Below, in pieces: positions 17,586 through 27,058 of a DNA stretch of 41,532 nucleotides. The DNA is from Polyangiales bacterium (lineage in GTDB: Bacteria; Myxococcota_A; Polyangia; Polyangiales; Houyiibacteriaceae), in NCBI GenBank assembly GCA_045106895.1, contig JBGCFM010000036.1, forward strand, positions 1-41,532, in the 5' to 3' direction. The position numbers and the translations under genes are program-made. The notes below the pieces were generated by a model, which saw nothing but the letters and a program-made list of their open reading frames with translations, was not told the origin of the DNA and made no database searches. Within the stretch, counting starts at the first letter, position 1. The number at the start of each line of letters is the position of its first letter.

Positions 17586-18406
17586 CTACGCCAAAAGTTC
17601 GTCGAGTGCCCCAACGAGGCGGCGACACTTCTCATCGTTCTGCGCGTCGGGGTGCGCATCGCTGAAACGACCACTGTCGTTGTCGAAGTAGTGCCCCGTT
17701 GAATTAGAGAATTCCGCGGAGAGCGCCGCCCGAAACAAGATGTCCGCGCCGATGCCAACATCGCCGCGCCGATGCCAACATCGCCGCCGGCGACCCCGAA
17801 GGCTTCCTTGACCATTTTTGTCCCGAGCATCGAGCCCGGATTGACGGACATGAAGGAAGGACCTTCGGTCAAAGACAGGCCGAGCCAACGTGACCACATC
17901 GTGAGGGCGAGCTTGCTCTGAGCGTAGGCGGCGAAGGCATCGAGGGGGTGGTTGCCCCGAAGGGCTTCGAGGTCCACCGGCGCCTGGGCTGCAGACGACA
18001 GGTTAATGACCCGTCCGCTGGGTTGTATGTTTGGAAGAAGCTGTTTCGTCAGCATGTAGGGCGCCAGCGTGTTGACGAGGAATCGGACGTCGAGACCGTC
18101 CTCGTTGCGGGGCGTGGAGGTCTCGAAGACACCCGCGTTGTTGATGAGCACGTCCAAGTGTGGGTGTTTCTCTGCGACCTCCTTCGCCATGCGCTCCACC
18201 TCCTCGAGGCGAGAGAGGTCGGCGCGAAAGGACTCGATGGACGCCGCCCCGGGCGCCGCTTTGAGTTTCGTCTGCACCCTCTGCAGCTTCTCGGGGTTGC
18301 GACCATGCAGCAGTAGATGGTGACCTTCCGCTGCGAGTCGGTGGGCGAGTTCAAGTCCGATGCCGTCGGTGGCGCCGGTGAGGAGAATCGTCTTTGTCAT
18401 AGTCAT
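17586..18406 (-). pseudogene. short-chain dehydrogenase/reductase, frameshifted by a 20-bp tandem duplication
   Basis: Motifs [12 protein letters not shown] and YAQSK. The C-terminus [13 protein letters not shown]...GHYFDND lies in another frame and is rejoined by removing one copy of the duplication. Confidence 0.85.
17744..17783. repeat. perfect 20-bp tandem duplication
   Basis: ccgcgccgatgccaacatcg occurs twice (17744-17763 and 17764-17783). Confidence 0.95.
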
Positions 18407-18540
18407 CTTTCTGGGAGCGTCGGAGCGATTGTCGGCCGGATGATTGCGAAGGGCATCGCCGCGCCGCTCGCGTGAACCTTCAAGGCTCGCGTGTGACCTT
18501 AGGTCTTGGGTCTCCGGCCGCCACCGATGTTGCTTTGCAT

Positions 18541-18565
18541 CACTATCAACCGTTTGTTGATAGTG
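18541..18565. promoter_or_regulatory. perfect 10-bp inverted repeat, operator-like
   Basis: CACTATCAAC-cgttt-GTTGATAGTG, AT-rich, upstream of the SDR gene, with no following U-tract. Confidence 0.55.
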
Positions 18566-18576
18566 GCGTGCTCGGT

Positions 18577-19053
18577 TTACGACTCGCCGGGTGGCGGCAT
18601 TCGTACAGATTCGAGCGCGGCGACGAGCTCTTGAGTGTCGCACGGAGAGTTGCAGCTCTCGATGGCGAAAGGCGCGGCGTCTTTGACGGCATCGAAATAC
18701 TCGATGGGAAAGGGCGGGCGAATCAGCATGCTTAGGGTGCGCAGAAACGACCGCAGCAGACCGGACCACACGGAGTCGGTCTCTAGGACGACGGCGCTGC
18801 ATGCGATGAAGTCGCGGTACTTGAGCCCTTGCTCCTTCGATACGGCCCGAAACTCAGCGTCCGGGAGCACCCCTGTGGCGTGTTTGTCGACGACGACGAG
18901 GAGCGCGACGCTCTCGAAGGACTCCAACGTTCGAATGACCCAGGCTTCGCGCTCGCGAAGGGCATCCGCCGGCGGGGCGGCGACGTAGTACATGACCAAC
19001 ACGTTCTGGACGCCAAAGAAGTGATGCCTTGGCCCTGTGCTGATGGTCTCCAT
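18577..19053 (-). CDS. hypothetical protein (STAS/SEC14-like alpha-beta domain)
   Basis: Pattern LLVVVD...PDAEFR...SAVVLE...LRSFLRTL...YFDAVKDAA resembles myxobacterial STAS/SEC14-like proteins. Confidence 0.55.
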   Translation of the reverse strand: METISTGPRHHFFGVQNVLVMYYVAAPPADALREREAWVIRTLESFESVALLVVVDKHATGVLPDAEFRAVSKEQGLKYRDFIACSAVVLETDSVWSGLLRSFLRTLSMLIRPPFPIEYFDAVKDAAPFAIESCNSPCDTQELVAALESVRMPPPGES

Positions 19054-19171
19054 GTTCAATCACGACTACGTTCGGATGAACGTGTCCGTAGTTTAGCACG
19101 TCGGACGGCTGCGACGCTTGGTTCCCAAGAGAGACGGGTAGGGCAGAAGCCTCAGGGCCGGTGCACGCGCC

Positions 19172-19960
19172 TCAGGATAGGTCTTTGGTGTTCTTCGCCA
19201 TGATGGCCACCGCCCAACGGCGCGGCAGGAGTCCCAAGAAGAGGCTCGCGATTCGATTGACGAAGCCAGGCACCAGCACGGGGCCCCGCGCCATCGAATC
19301 GAGGGCGCGTTGCGCGACGACCTCTGCGTCGAGGGTTCCTGGTGCGTCTTTTGTCGAGGCCGCGGCGAAGCCTGGCGTGCGAATCGCGCCGGCGCAGCAG
19401 ACTTCGACATCGACGCCTCCGTCGCGGAGTTCGTGCCAGAGGGCTTCGCCAAAGATGTTGTTGAACGCTTTGGTCCCCGCGTAGGTGGCGAGGCGTGGCG
19501 ATCCTTGGAGACCCGCCAAGGACGACATCAGGAGGATACCGCCTCGGCCTCGCGCCACCATCGCCGGCGCGAGCGCATGAACGAGGGTGAGCGGCGCCCG
19601 GACGTTTACGTCGACGGCTTTGAGCAGGTCGTCGAGCTCGCGTTCGAGGACAGCGCCCACCGGCGCGAAGGCTGCGTTGTGGATGGCGAGACCCACTTCG
19701 ATGTCCGCGCACACGTTGGCGAGACGCTCGCGAAGGTCGGGTGTCGCGAGATCGAGGGCGAGGGTACGCACCTCCACGCCGTGGGCACTTCGGAGCTCCG
19801 CCGCGAGCTCCTCGAGGAGGTTCTCCCGGCGTGCGATGATGACGAGCTTGAGTCCGCGCGCTGCGAGGGCATGGGCGAAGGCGGCGCCGAGGCCATCGGA
19901 CGCGCCGGCGATGAGGGCCCACGCTCCGTAGCGGCGGGCGAAGTTCAGTGGAGAGGCCAA
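19172..19960 (-). CDS. SDR family oxidoreductase (17beta-HSD / 3-ketoacyl-CoA reductase-like)
   Basis: Motifs YGAWALIAGASDGLG, HNAA and MSS...YAGTK. Confidence 0.9.
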   Translation of the reverse strand: MASPLNFARRYGAWALIAGASDGLGAAFAHALAARGLKLVIIARRENLLEELAAELRSAHGVEVRTLALDLATPDLRERLANVCADIEVGLAIHNAAFAPVGAVLERELDDLLKAVDVNVRAPLTLVHALAPAMVARGRGGILLMSSLAGLQGSPRLATYAGTKAFNNIFGEALWHELRDGGVDVEVCCAGAIRTPGFAAASTKDAPGTLDAEVVAQRALDSMARGPVLVPGFVNRIASLFLGLLPRRWAVAIMAKNTKDLS

Positions 19961-19995
19961 GGCTGGAGCCTACCCGGACGCCCAACGGACTCAAG

Positions 19996-20015
19996 CGAAC
20001 ACTGACGAACACTGA
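19996..20015. repeat. 10-bp tandem duplication in the intergenic region upstream of the SDR gene
   Basis: cgaacactga occurs twice. Confidence 0.8.
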
Positions 20016-20027
20016 CGAGAGCCGTCG

Positions 20028-21029
20028 CTATCGAAGGATGTCCGGGCTCAGGCCTGCACAGTCGAGGTAACGAAGCCGATTCGGGATCGTGGTTTCGATG
20101 AGGGCGGCGAGGTCTGGGTCGATGCGATCGCGGAAGAAGCGCACGGCGAGCCAGGGGCCGATGGACTCGGCGATGTCTTCACGGCTCGGGTTGTCCTGCG
20201 CGTAGGTCGACAAGAATGTTCCATCCGCACGCTGGGCAGCGAGCCAAGCGGGGTTGTCGGCATGACGCGAATCGAGGGAGGTATGTGCCCCTTCGTGGAG
20301 GAGGAGTTCTTCGAGAATCCCGTCGGCAATGTAGCGCTCTCCTTGAACCGTGTGGATCAAGATGTTGTTGTTGCCTCCGCCGGCGAGCTCTTCCCCGTCA
20401 TGAATCCACACCGTTTCAAGGTCTGCGAAATAGAAAGCGGGGAGGCGTCCGATGGCCTCGCCGTAGAGCATGGCGAAGCCGCGTGCGGCGTCCGCGTCGA
20501 ACTCCGGGTTGACCTGAATCTCCACGGTGGTGGCCGCGCCGTAGCGGGCATTGAACAAGTGAGCGTTGAAGGTCTCGAAGGATGCCGTGCGTCGGTCGAA
20601 CATGACGCGCTCGCCCTGGCCGGTGTACTCGATGCCCATGAACGAGGTGGGGTCGGCGTCGTTCATGATGGTGCTCGAGACGAAGAGCGTTCCGCTGACG
20701 GGCGGGTCCGCCGGGTCATCCACGGCGACATAGGTGGCGGCGACATCGTCACAGGCCGAGCCTGAGTCGCGGCCTGAATCGCCAGGGGAGGCGTCGATGG
20801 CCCCGGAGTCGCTGCCGGAGTCGGCGCCCATGCTGGAGTCGGCGCCGGAGTCGGCGCCCGCGCTGGAGTCGGCGCCCGCGCTGGAGTCCGCGGCGGAGCC
20901 AGAATCTGTGGCTGAAGCGTCGATGCCGGGGACGTCGGACGCGGCGGCATCGACACTCTCGTCACCCGGCTCTGTGCAGCCTTGAAGTGAAAGCAGAGCG
21001 AAGATGCTGAGTAGAGACAGACGGCGCAT
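20028..21029 (-). CDS. lipoprotein with zincin-like HExxH domain
   Basis: Signal MRRLSLLSIFALLSLQGC, DSSAGA repeats, LLHEGAHTSLD and downstream EDIAES. Confidence 0.75.
   Translation of the reverse strand: MRRLSLLSIFALLSLQGCTEPGDESVDAAASDVPGIDASATDSGSAADSSAGADSSAGADSGADSSMGADSGSDSGAIDASPGDSGRDSGSACDDVAATYVAVDDPADPPVSGTLFVSSTIMNDADPTSFMGIEYTGQGERVMFDRRTASFETFNAHLFNARYGAATTVEIQVNPEFDADAARGFAMLYGEAIGRLPAFYFADLETVWIHDGEELAGGGNNNILIHTVQGERYIADGILEELLLHEGAHTSLDSRHADNPAWLAAQRADGTFLSTYAQDNPSREDIAESIGPWLAVRFFRDRIDPDLAALIETTIPNRLRYLDCAGLSPDILR
20815..20890 (-). repeat. in-frame 12/18-bp repeats (DSSAGA linker)
   Basis: ggagtcggcgcc units are repeated. Confidence 0.75.
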
Positions 21030-21085
21030 GTGAGTAGCGTACCCAACTCGTCCCTTGAGAGCGAACTTCTCCTTCGAGGTGCGCG

Positions 21086-21844
21086 TTAGAACAAAAGCGG
21101 AAGTGGGATATGGCGCGCGTGCATCATGTCGCGATGCTCGATGAGCTTCGGCGGAACATCGACGCCTTTGCCCATCGCTAAGAAGGCGCTGCGACGGCTC
21201 GGCTTCATGGGGCAGTCGCCATCGGGAAGGATCGCCAGCGCGTCGATGACGGCCACGGAGTAGATGTCCAGCGCGCTGAGCGACGCGCCAAAGTAATAGG
21301 GGCCTTCTGCTTTGGAGCGCTCGAGCTGCGCGGCCAGCGTAGCAAGGCTTGTGTGCAGCTCTCTTCTCGCCGACGTGCCGCCGTCTTCGACGTAGCCGTA
21401 GCGCTGCGCGAGGTACTGAGCGACGGGCGCGGGCCAGCCATCTTCTGTGCTTGGGTCCAAGGAAGTCGCGATGGCGGCGACGCGAGCGTTCCAAGCGATG
21501 CCTCCCTCGCCCATCAGCTCTTGGGACAAGCCGTACATTTTTATGCGTTGCTCAGGGTCCTCGGGGATGAGGCGAGGCTCGGGCTGGATTCGCTCGATGA
21601 GCGCGAGAATCTCTGCCCAGCCGGAGCGCGGCAGTTCGCCATCGAACATGGCCACCGGAGCGTTGGGCAAGCCGGTCCATTCCGTGACGGCGGGGTCCCG
21701 ACCCATCTTTACGATGGGTGGGTCGATGCCTTTGACGTGCAAGATACCTCGAGCCGCTTGGGACCACGGGCTCGGCACACCGGCGACGACGACGAGGCGG
21801 AGGCCACTCGCGTCGCGCGCGTCTTCAAGTTCTACGAAGGGCAT
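21086..21844 (-). CDS. glutathione S-transferase-like protein
   Basis: Motifs PSPWSQAARGILHVKG, NAPV, RSGWAEIL and YYFGASLSALDIY. Confidence 0.75.
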   Translation of the reverse strand: MPFVELEDARDASGLRLVVVAGVPSPWSQAARGILHVKGIDPPIVKMGRDPAVTEWTGLPNAPVAMFDGELPRSGWAEILALIERIQPEPRLIPEDPEQRIKMYGLSQELMGEGGIAWNARVAAIATSLDPSTEDGWPAPVAQYLAQRYGYVEDGGTSARRELHTSLATLAAQLERSKAEGPYYFGASLSALDIYSVAVIDALAILPDGDCPMKPSRRSAFLAMGKGVDVPPKLIEHRDMMHARHIPLPLLF

Positions 21845-21894
21845 ATCGGTTTGTAGCACCGAAGAGGGCCACTGACTCTGGTAGCGTCCGTCTC

Positions 21895-22803
21895 ATGGAA
21901 CGCACTTATCCCATTGGTACGCCCGGAGAGCCTTGGGGCGCGGCGGAGAAGCGCGCCTGGCTGCAGTCTCAAGAGCTGCAGCGGAGCTATCGGGAGGAAG
22001 TCCTCGCGAAGCTTGAGGCACTCGGTGACGAGTTCGAGGTGTTCCAATACGGCGCGCTGCCCATCGACGCGACGCGTTACCCGCTCATGGCGGTGAAGGT
22101 CGAGGCAACGGACCCGGGCGCGCCCTGGGCGCTCATCACCGGCGGCGTCCATGGTTACGAGACCAGCGGAGTTCAAGGAGCCCTCGCGCTCTTGGCGTCG
22201 CATGCGCAGTGTTATCGCGCTCGTGTGAACCTTCTTGTCCTGCCCTGCGTCAGTCCGTGGGGCTACGAGGTGATCAACCGTTGGAACCCCAGCGCCGTCG
22301 ACCCCAACCGTTCTTTCGTCGCGGACAGCCCTTCTGAAGAAGCGGCGGCGCTCGTGACGCTCCTCGGCGAACTTGGCGTGGACTTTCTCATGCACATCGA
22401 CCTTCACGAGACGACGGACACCGACGAGACGGAGTTTCGTCCCGCCCTGGCGGCGCGAGACGGGCAGCCCTACGAGGAGGGGACGATTCCCGATGGCTTC
22501 TACACCGTCGGTGATGCGGACAACCCCCAACCGGAGTTTCAAGCCGCCGTTATCGCGGGCGTCGAGAAGGTGACGCACATCGCGCCGGCGGATTCTGCGG
22601 GTCAGCTCATCGGGTCCGATGTCACGCAGCGCGGCGTCATTCACTACCCCTTCAAAAAGCTCGGGCTCTGCGCCGGCGTGACCGACGCGCGATTCACGAC
22701 GACGACGGAGGTGTATCCGGACAGCCCGAAAGCAACGCCTGAGATCTGCATCGCGGCGCAAGTGGCGGCGCTGCGCGCGGGGCTCGAGTTTGCGTTGCGC
22801 TAG
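21895..22803 (+). CDS. M14 family metallocarboxypeptidase (AstE/AspA-like)
   Basis: Motifs ITGGVHGYETSG, DPNRSF, HIDLHET and TTEVYPDS. Confidence 0.92.
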   Translation: MERTYPIGTPGEPWGAAEKRAWLQSQELQRSYREEVLAKLEALGDEFEVFQYGALPIDATRYPLMAVKVEATDPGAPWALITGGVHGYETSGVQGALALLASHAQCYRARVNLLVLPCVSPWGYEVINRWNPSAVDPNRSFVADSPSEEAAALVTLLGELGVDFLMHIDLHETTDTDETEFRPALAARDGQPYEEGTIPDGFYTVGDADNPQPEFQAAVIAGVEKVTHIAPADSAGQLIGSDVTQRGVIHYPFKKLGLCAGVTDARFTTTTEVYPDSPKATPEICIAAQVAALRAGLEFALR

Positions 22804-22856
22804 CAGCTTCGCTCGCAATTTCTGAAGAGCTCAAGAGCCAACCAAATGAGCGTGAG

Positions 22857-23576
22857 CTAGAGGAGGGGCCGCCGTTCATCGTTCATAATTGGCGGCACGG
22901 GCCTACGGCGAGGCAGACGATCTGTAGTTCGACGGGACGACCGGGGCCGTCGAGTCCCACGTCTGGGAGCTTGCCGTGAGCCGTAGCTCATGGAGAATGC
23001 GAGGTTTACCCACCGAGTGCCCGTCGAACTCATCCCCAGTTCCATACGAACTCCCAGGCGCCACCGTGAGTTGGGTAGTGGGTTGTCGAGGCGTAAGGAC
23101 ACACTGTGCGCGTGGGACGCAAAGTGCCGGTGCCGGTGCAACCCCAGCTTCTTCGTTCGAAGATATGCGATGTCGTAGCTGAGGGTGACCTCCGCCCTGC
23201 GACTCGAAGGCAGCAGTTGAATGCGCGGACCGATGCCGAAGCTCGCGAGGCGCCACCGCTCTCCCTCGTGGGTACTCTGCTGGATGCGAAGCGGAATAAT
23301 GCCGACGCCAAAGTGGTGTCCGATGAGTGCCTGAAGTTCGACTGTGAGGGATAGTGGGCCGGCTCCCCCCCCGGAAACGGACTCGTCCGGACCGAGATCC
23401 AGGTCCACCAGCGCGTGCCCTACAGACGCGATCACCGTCAGCTCCTCGCCGGGACCCTCGAAGGCGCTGTGCGACTCAGGGGCGACCGGTTCACGTGGGA
23501 GCTGCGCGGATGCGCCTCCAAGGGAGACGTGGAGAAAAGCGGAGATAAGAACTGCGTGAGCAAGTGACTGGGACAT
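22857..23576 (-). CDS. secreted protein, possible small outer-membrane beta-barrel
   Basis: Signal peptide ending ASA-Q; alternating amphipathic beta-strand patterns. Confidence 0.5.
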   Translation of the reverse strand: MSQSLAHAVLISAFLHVSLGGASAQLPREPVAPESHSAFEGPGEELTVIASVGHALVDLDLGPDESVSGGGAGPLSLTVELQALIGHHFGVGIIPLRIQQSTHEGERWRLASFGIGPRIQLLPSSRRAEVTLSYDIAYLRTKKLGLHRHRHFASHAHSVSLRLDNPLPNSRWRLGVRMELGMSSTGTRWVNLAFSMSYGSRQAPRRGTRRPRSSRRTTDRLPRRRPVPPIMNDERRPLL

Positions 23577-23684
23577 GGGAGTAGCTTGTGTTCTCCATAC
23601 GCCGCGAGCGACTCGCGTTTCTGCCCGTGCTATGCTGCTAGAATCATGAAGGTTTTTTGCCTCCCACGAAACGGCGTTTAGGTC

Positions 23685-24308
23685 TTGAGTCGGCGCCTCC
23701 CGCAGCAGGAACGGGCCAAGGCTCTCGTCGATGCCGTCTTCGAGGCAGGGCGACAGCTACTCGGGCAATCCCGTCTCGATTCTGTGACTGCCCGTGCGCT
23801 GGCTAAGCGAGCGGGCGTTAGCCCCGGGTCCCTCTACCAGTACTTTCGCGGCAAAGATGAGCTCTTCAGTGCGCTGATCGAGCGTGCACTCGCGGGCCAA
23901 GTAAAACGTTTTCGAGAGGAAGCCGATACAGCTCAATCGGTCGGTGAGCTCATTCCCTTGGTCGTCGACCGAGCCCTCTTCTACTTCTTCGACACCCCAT
24001 GGCTTCAACGCCTTTTCGTTCACACGGTCTCGCTCCAACAAATCAGCTCTGTAGGCAAAGCAAGAAGGAGCGTCGCTTCGGTCTTGGCTTCGCGCGTCTT
24101 GCAGTTCGACACTGTCGGAGATTCGCTGACGCAGCCTGGACTCGAAGTCCGTTTCGAGTTTCTAATTCACGCGATTATGGGGGTCTTCGAAGCACATGCG
24201 TTCGAACAGTTCGTTGTCGAACGAGACGAGCTTCGCCGGCAGCTCATTCGCTTGGTGGAAGGTTACTTGGGAGACTTGAAGCCTCCGCCCAAAAGAAGCC
24301 TGTCCTAG
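23685..24308 (+). CDS. TetR/AcrR family transcriptional regulator
   Basis: RRLPQQERAKALVDAV...TARALAKRAGVSPGSLYQYFRGKDEL. Confidence 0.92.
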   Translation: MSRRLPQQERAKALVDAVFEAGRQLLGQSRLDSVTARALAKRAGVSPGSLYQYFRGKDELFSALIERALAGQVKRFREEADTAQSVGELIPLVVDRALFYFFDTPWLQRLFVHTVSLQQISSVGKARRSVASVLASRVLQFDTVGDSLTQPGLEVRFEFLIHAIMGVFEAHAFEQFVVERDELRRQLIRLVEGYLGDLKPPPKRSLS

Positions 24309-25360
24309 AGTTCGAGCGGTGTCGACGCTGAGGCTCCTGCGTTCCGTGCGGCGGAAACGAACGCACCTGGACCGCCGAGGCTTCGCGCGGACTCACAGGA
24401 CTCTGCGGAGAGGAACCACGCGTTTCCGGCGGCGATGACAAGGTCCGGGTGAGGCGAGCTTGCGATGCCCACCTCGAGGGAGCCCATGCCGCCTCCGCCA
24501 CCCGGCCCGGACCAGTTTGGGCCCGTGAGAGAGATACGGTTCCCTTCCTGCATGCTGAATCCATACGAGGCGCTTCCCTCTTCCGTGCGATGAACCAGCT
24601 CCGTTTGCCGGCGACGGCGCCGGAACTGCCATTCGGTGCAGACCAGCGCGTGGCTGCCGAACTCCGAGCTCAGCCAGTGGATGCTTCCTCTTCCAAGGCG
24701 CTGCTCTAGCGCCTCGTCGAAGCCAGTGGCTGGACGGACCATCTCGTGGGCGGCCTCACAGCCAGCAAAACGAAACGCCGGCTCACTTCCAACGGCAGCC
24801 TGAACGCACGCGCCGAAGTTTGAGTGCCAGGAGGTGCCGTCGGAGAAACGCACCGCCGTGGCGCTGGCCTCGTCGGGGGTGAACGAAGCGAAACACGCGC
24901 CGCGCGAGTATTGGCGCCCAGGTCCGCGAATACTTGGGTGAAAGACGGTGAAGCCGTCGTCTGCCCACTGCGCGGTGTAGAGCTGCTCGACGTCCCCGAC
25001 CCGGCGCGACAACCTAAACCCGTTCTCTTCGAGACTCGTTTGCCAGGTGACGCAGGTGGCGGCGTGGTCGCCATCGCGCGTGACCATGTGGAGTTCGCCG
25101 CCTTCGACGAGGTGGCGTAAGCGCTCCGGTGCAGACTCCGTGGGCGCATCGGCTGTGCTTGCGGTGCTCCCCTCGGTGCGTTCGGACGTGCTCTCGGACG
25201 TGTGCTCCGTCTCCGTCTCCGTCTCCGCTTCTGCTTCTGCTTCGATCACCTCGGGTTCCGCCGCGGCGCTTGGCGCCGCGGTGCGGGTCGACCCTTGAGA
25301 CGATCCGCAGGCGAAGCAGAACAAGAGAAGCGCCGCGCCCGCCTGGTGAGTTGGTGACAT
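24305..25360 (-). CDS. hypothetical lipoprotein
   Basis: Lipobox CFAC and an E/T-rich linker. Two similar beta-rich halves (CVTWQ and CTEWQ; GTSWHSNFGAC and GNAWFLSAESC). Confidence 0.65.
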   Translation of the reverse strand: MSPTHQAGAALLLFCFACGSSQGSTRTAAPSAAAEPEVIEAEAEAETETETEHTSESTSERTEGSTASTADAPTESAPERLRHLVEGGELHMVTRDGDHAATCVTWQTSLEENGFRLSRRVGDVEQLYTAQWADDGFTVFHPSIRGPGRQYSRGACFASFTPDEASATAVRFSDGTSWHSNFGACVQAAVGSEPAFRFAGCEAAHEMVRPATGFDEALEQRLGRGSIHWLSSEFGSHALVCTEWQFRRRRRQTELVHRTEEGSASYGFSMQEGNRISLTGPNWSGPGGGGGMGSLEVGIASSPHPDLVIAAGNAWFLSAESCESARSLGGPGAFVSAARNAGASASTPLEL

Positions 25361-25509
25361 TCACATCGCGTAGCTGTGGCGCTGCCTACAGGCAACGCGA
25401 CGCGGAACGAACGCCGGGGCGAAGGTGCCCGTCTACGCGTGCGCTAGGGTTATGGGCGCCGCGCTTCGTTCAGCCTTCGCGTGCGTGCGCCGAGTCCAAA
25501 GCCCGATGG

Positions 25510-26301
25510 CTAAGCGACGGCGCTGCTGCGGCCGCGGTGCTTTTCGTAGATGGAGAGGGCGAACTCCCCGGCTCTGCGCTCGCGCATCTCCTGCGCGAAT
25601 TCGGCAGGCTCTCCGCCGACTTGTTCTATGCCCGGGAACTCGGACCCGTAGCCTTCGCGTTTTGTTAGAAGCAAGCTTGGGGCGAAGAGGGCCGCGTAGC
25701 TTAGGTCGGCGACGCTAAAGGTGTCGCCGCACAGGTACGCGCGACCGTCTGAGAGTCTCTCTTCGACCTCCGCGGCGATGGCGAGGACCTTGTGCTTTGA
25801 ACGTTCGGCGCTCTTCGCGTTGATGTTGAGGGCTTTGCGCATGGCCCGCGTGTAGAGGGGATAGAGCAGCGCAGCGCCGGCGGCTTCGGGCTTGTTTCCA
25901 AGAGACCAAAAGAAGCGTCGCATCAAGTTCGTGTCTCCGAGGAGGAAGTGGTAGCCGTAGCGCCGGGTGTGCGGGCCTAGCTCCTTGGAGAACTTCGCCT
26001 CGAGCTCGAGAGCCTCCGAATCTACGCGGAGAAGCTCAGAGCTTTCGTTCGTGACGTGCCTGAGAATCCGTGTGGAATCGCAGATGCGCTCGCCGGACGA
26101 AGTGATGAGCACCGGCGTGCTCAGGGGGGACGAAACCGAGTCCCCCCGCTTGTCTTTGGCGCCTCGCGTCGCGAGCCCGACGGGGAGAAAGTGAAAGAGG
26201 GGTAGGTGACCCTCCTCGCGATACGCAACGCCCGCCAGGTCGAGAGCCCAGCGCGCTTTTTCGCAGTAATGCGAGAAAGAAATGGTGATGAGTCTTTGCA
26301 T
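25510..26301 (-). CDS. glutathione S-transferase family protein
   Basis: Motifs SFSHYCEKARWALD, TPVL, DSTRIL and YLCGDTFSVADLSYAAL. Confidence 0.9.
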   Translation of the reverse strand: MQRLITISFSHYCEKARWALDLAGVAYREEGHLPLFHFLPVGLATRGAKDKRGDSVSSPLSTPVLITSSGERICDSTRILRHVTNESSELLRVDSEALELEAKFSKELGPHTRRYGYHFLLGDTNLMRRFFWSLGNKPEAAGAALLYPLYTRAMRKALNINAKSAERSKHKVLAIAAEVEERLSDGRAYLCGDTFSVADLSYAALFAPSLLLTKREGYGSEFPGIEQVGGEPAEFAQEMRERRAGEFALSIYEKHRGRSSAVA

Positions 26302-26309
26302 CTGCGCTC

Positions 26310-27032
26310 CTAGTTGACGATCTCAACGAAACTTGCGAGGAGAGTTCGCTCGCGATCCGCAAAGGCGATGACGAACTTCTCATGGGCGCCGTCTTCGATC
26401 TGGCGAAGGATGGTTCCTTCTCCGAACTTCTTGTGGAAGGCGCGACGAAGCGGAGCTTTCACGAGGACCAAGCCGGGGGTGATTCGAGGCTGCACCTCAA
26501 GGAGCTTCGGCACCGCGTCGCTCTCCGGCGCGATACCGGTGGTGCCGCGTTCGGAGGCTGCGCTGAGCATGCGCTCGATGAAGCCGCCGAGGTTCATCTC
26601 GCCTTCGAAGTTTCCGTCCTGGTGGATGCGCAGAGTCGCGTCATCGCCGGTCTTGGAGATCGGCACCATGAGCTCGAAGAAGGGACCGCCATGAGCGCCT
26701 TCTTGGAGCTCCTTGATGGGCTGAGAGTAGACGGCGCCGATGCACACGTACCCCTGCGGCGCCTCGAAGTCGTCGGCGGCGGTCTCGATGGTCAAGGTGC
26801 ACTCGATGCCGGTGAGGCACTGAATGAGTGGGTCTGCGACGGCGACGAGGGTGAGGACGTCGTCGTGAAGTCGCGTGCCGAGGGTCTCTTCGAGGCGCGC
26901 GACCTGCGGGAGGTCGATGACGGGCTCCGAGGCACGTTCTCCGAGCACCCCTTTGACCGTCGATTTCCCGCTGCGCTCAAGCGCGCGAAGCAAAGACTCC
27001 GAGGGCTGAAGGTCGCGGGGAGTGAGAGACAT
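26310..27032 (-). CDS. hypothetical protein with SMI1/KNR4-like N-region and PcrA/UvrD C-terminal Tudor-like domain
   Basis: N-region VARLEETLGTRLHDDVL. C-terminus HKKFGEGTILRQIEDGAHEKFVIAFADRERTLLASFV. Confidence 0.55.
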   Translation of the reverse strand: MSLTPRDLQPSESLLRALERSGKSTVKGVLGERASEPVIDLPQVARLEETLGTRLHDDVLTLVAVADPLIQCLTGIECTLTIETAADDFEAPQGYVCIGAVYSQPIKELQEGAHGGPFFELMVPISKTGDDATLRIHQDGNFEGEMNLGGFIERMLSAASERGTTGIAPESDAVPKLLEVQPRITPGLVLVKAPLRRAFHKKFGEGTILRQIEDGAHEKFVIAFADRERTLLASFVEIVN

Positions 27033-27058
27033 CGACGCACCATGCATCGAATCGGCGG

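Noticed and set aside
17531..18802. 423-aa ORF taken at face value
   Set aside because: The N-terminal 132 aa are non-coding or overlap the neighbouring gene, and the C-terminal tail is the frameshift product; the real SDR spans 17586..18406.
23603..23617. CGCGAG-cga-CTCGCG palindrome upstream of the TetR gene at 23685
   Set aside because: It could be an operator, but 6-bp GC-rich arms are too likely by chance to list as a feature.
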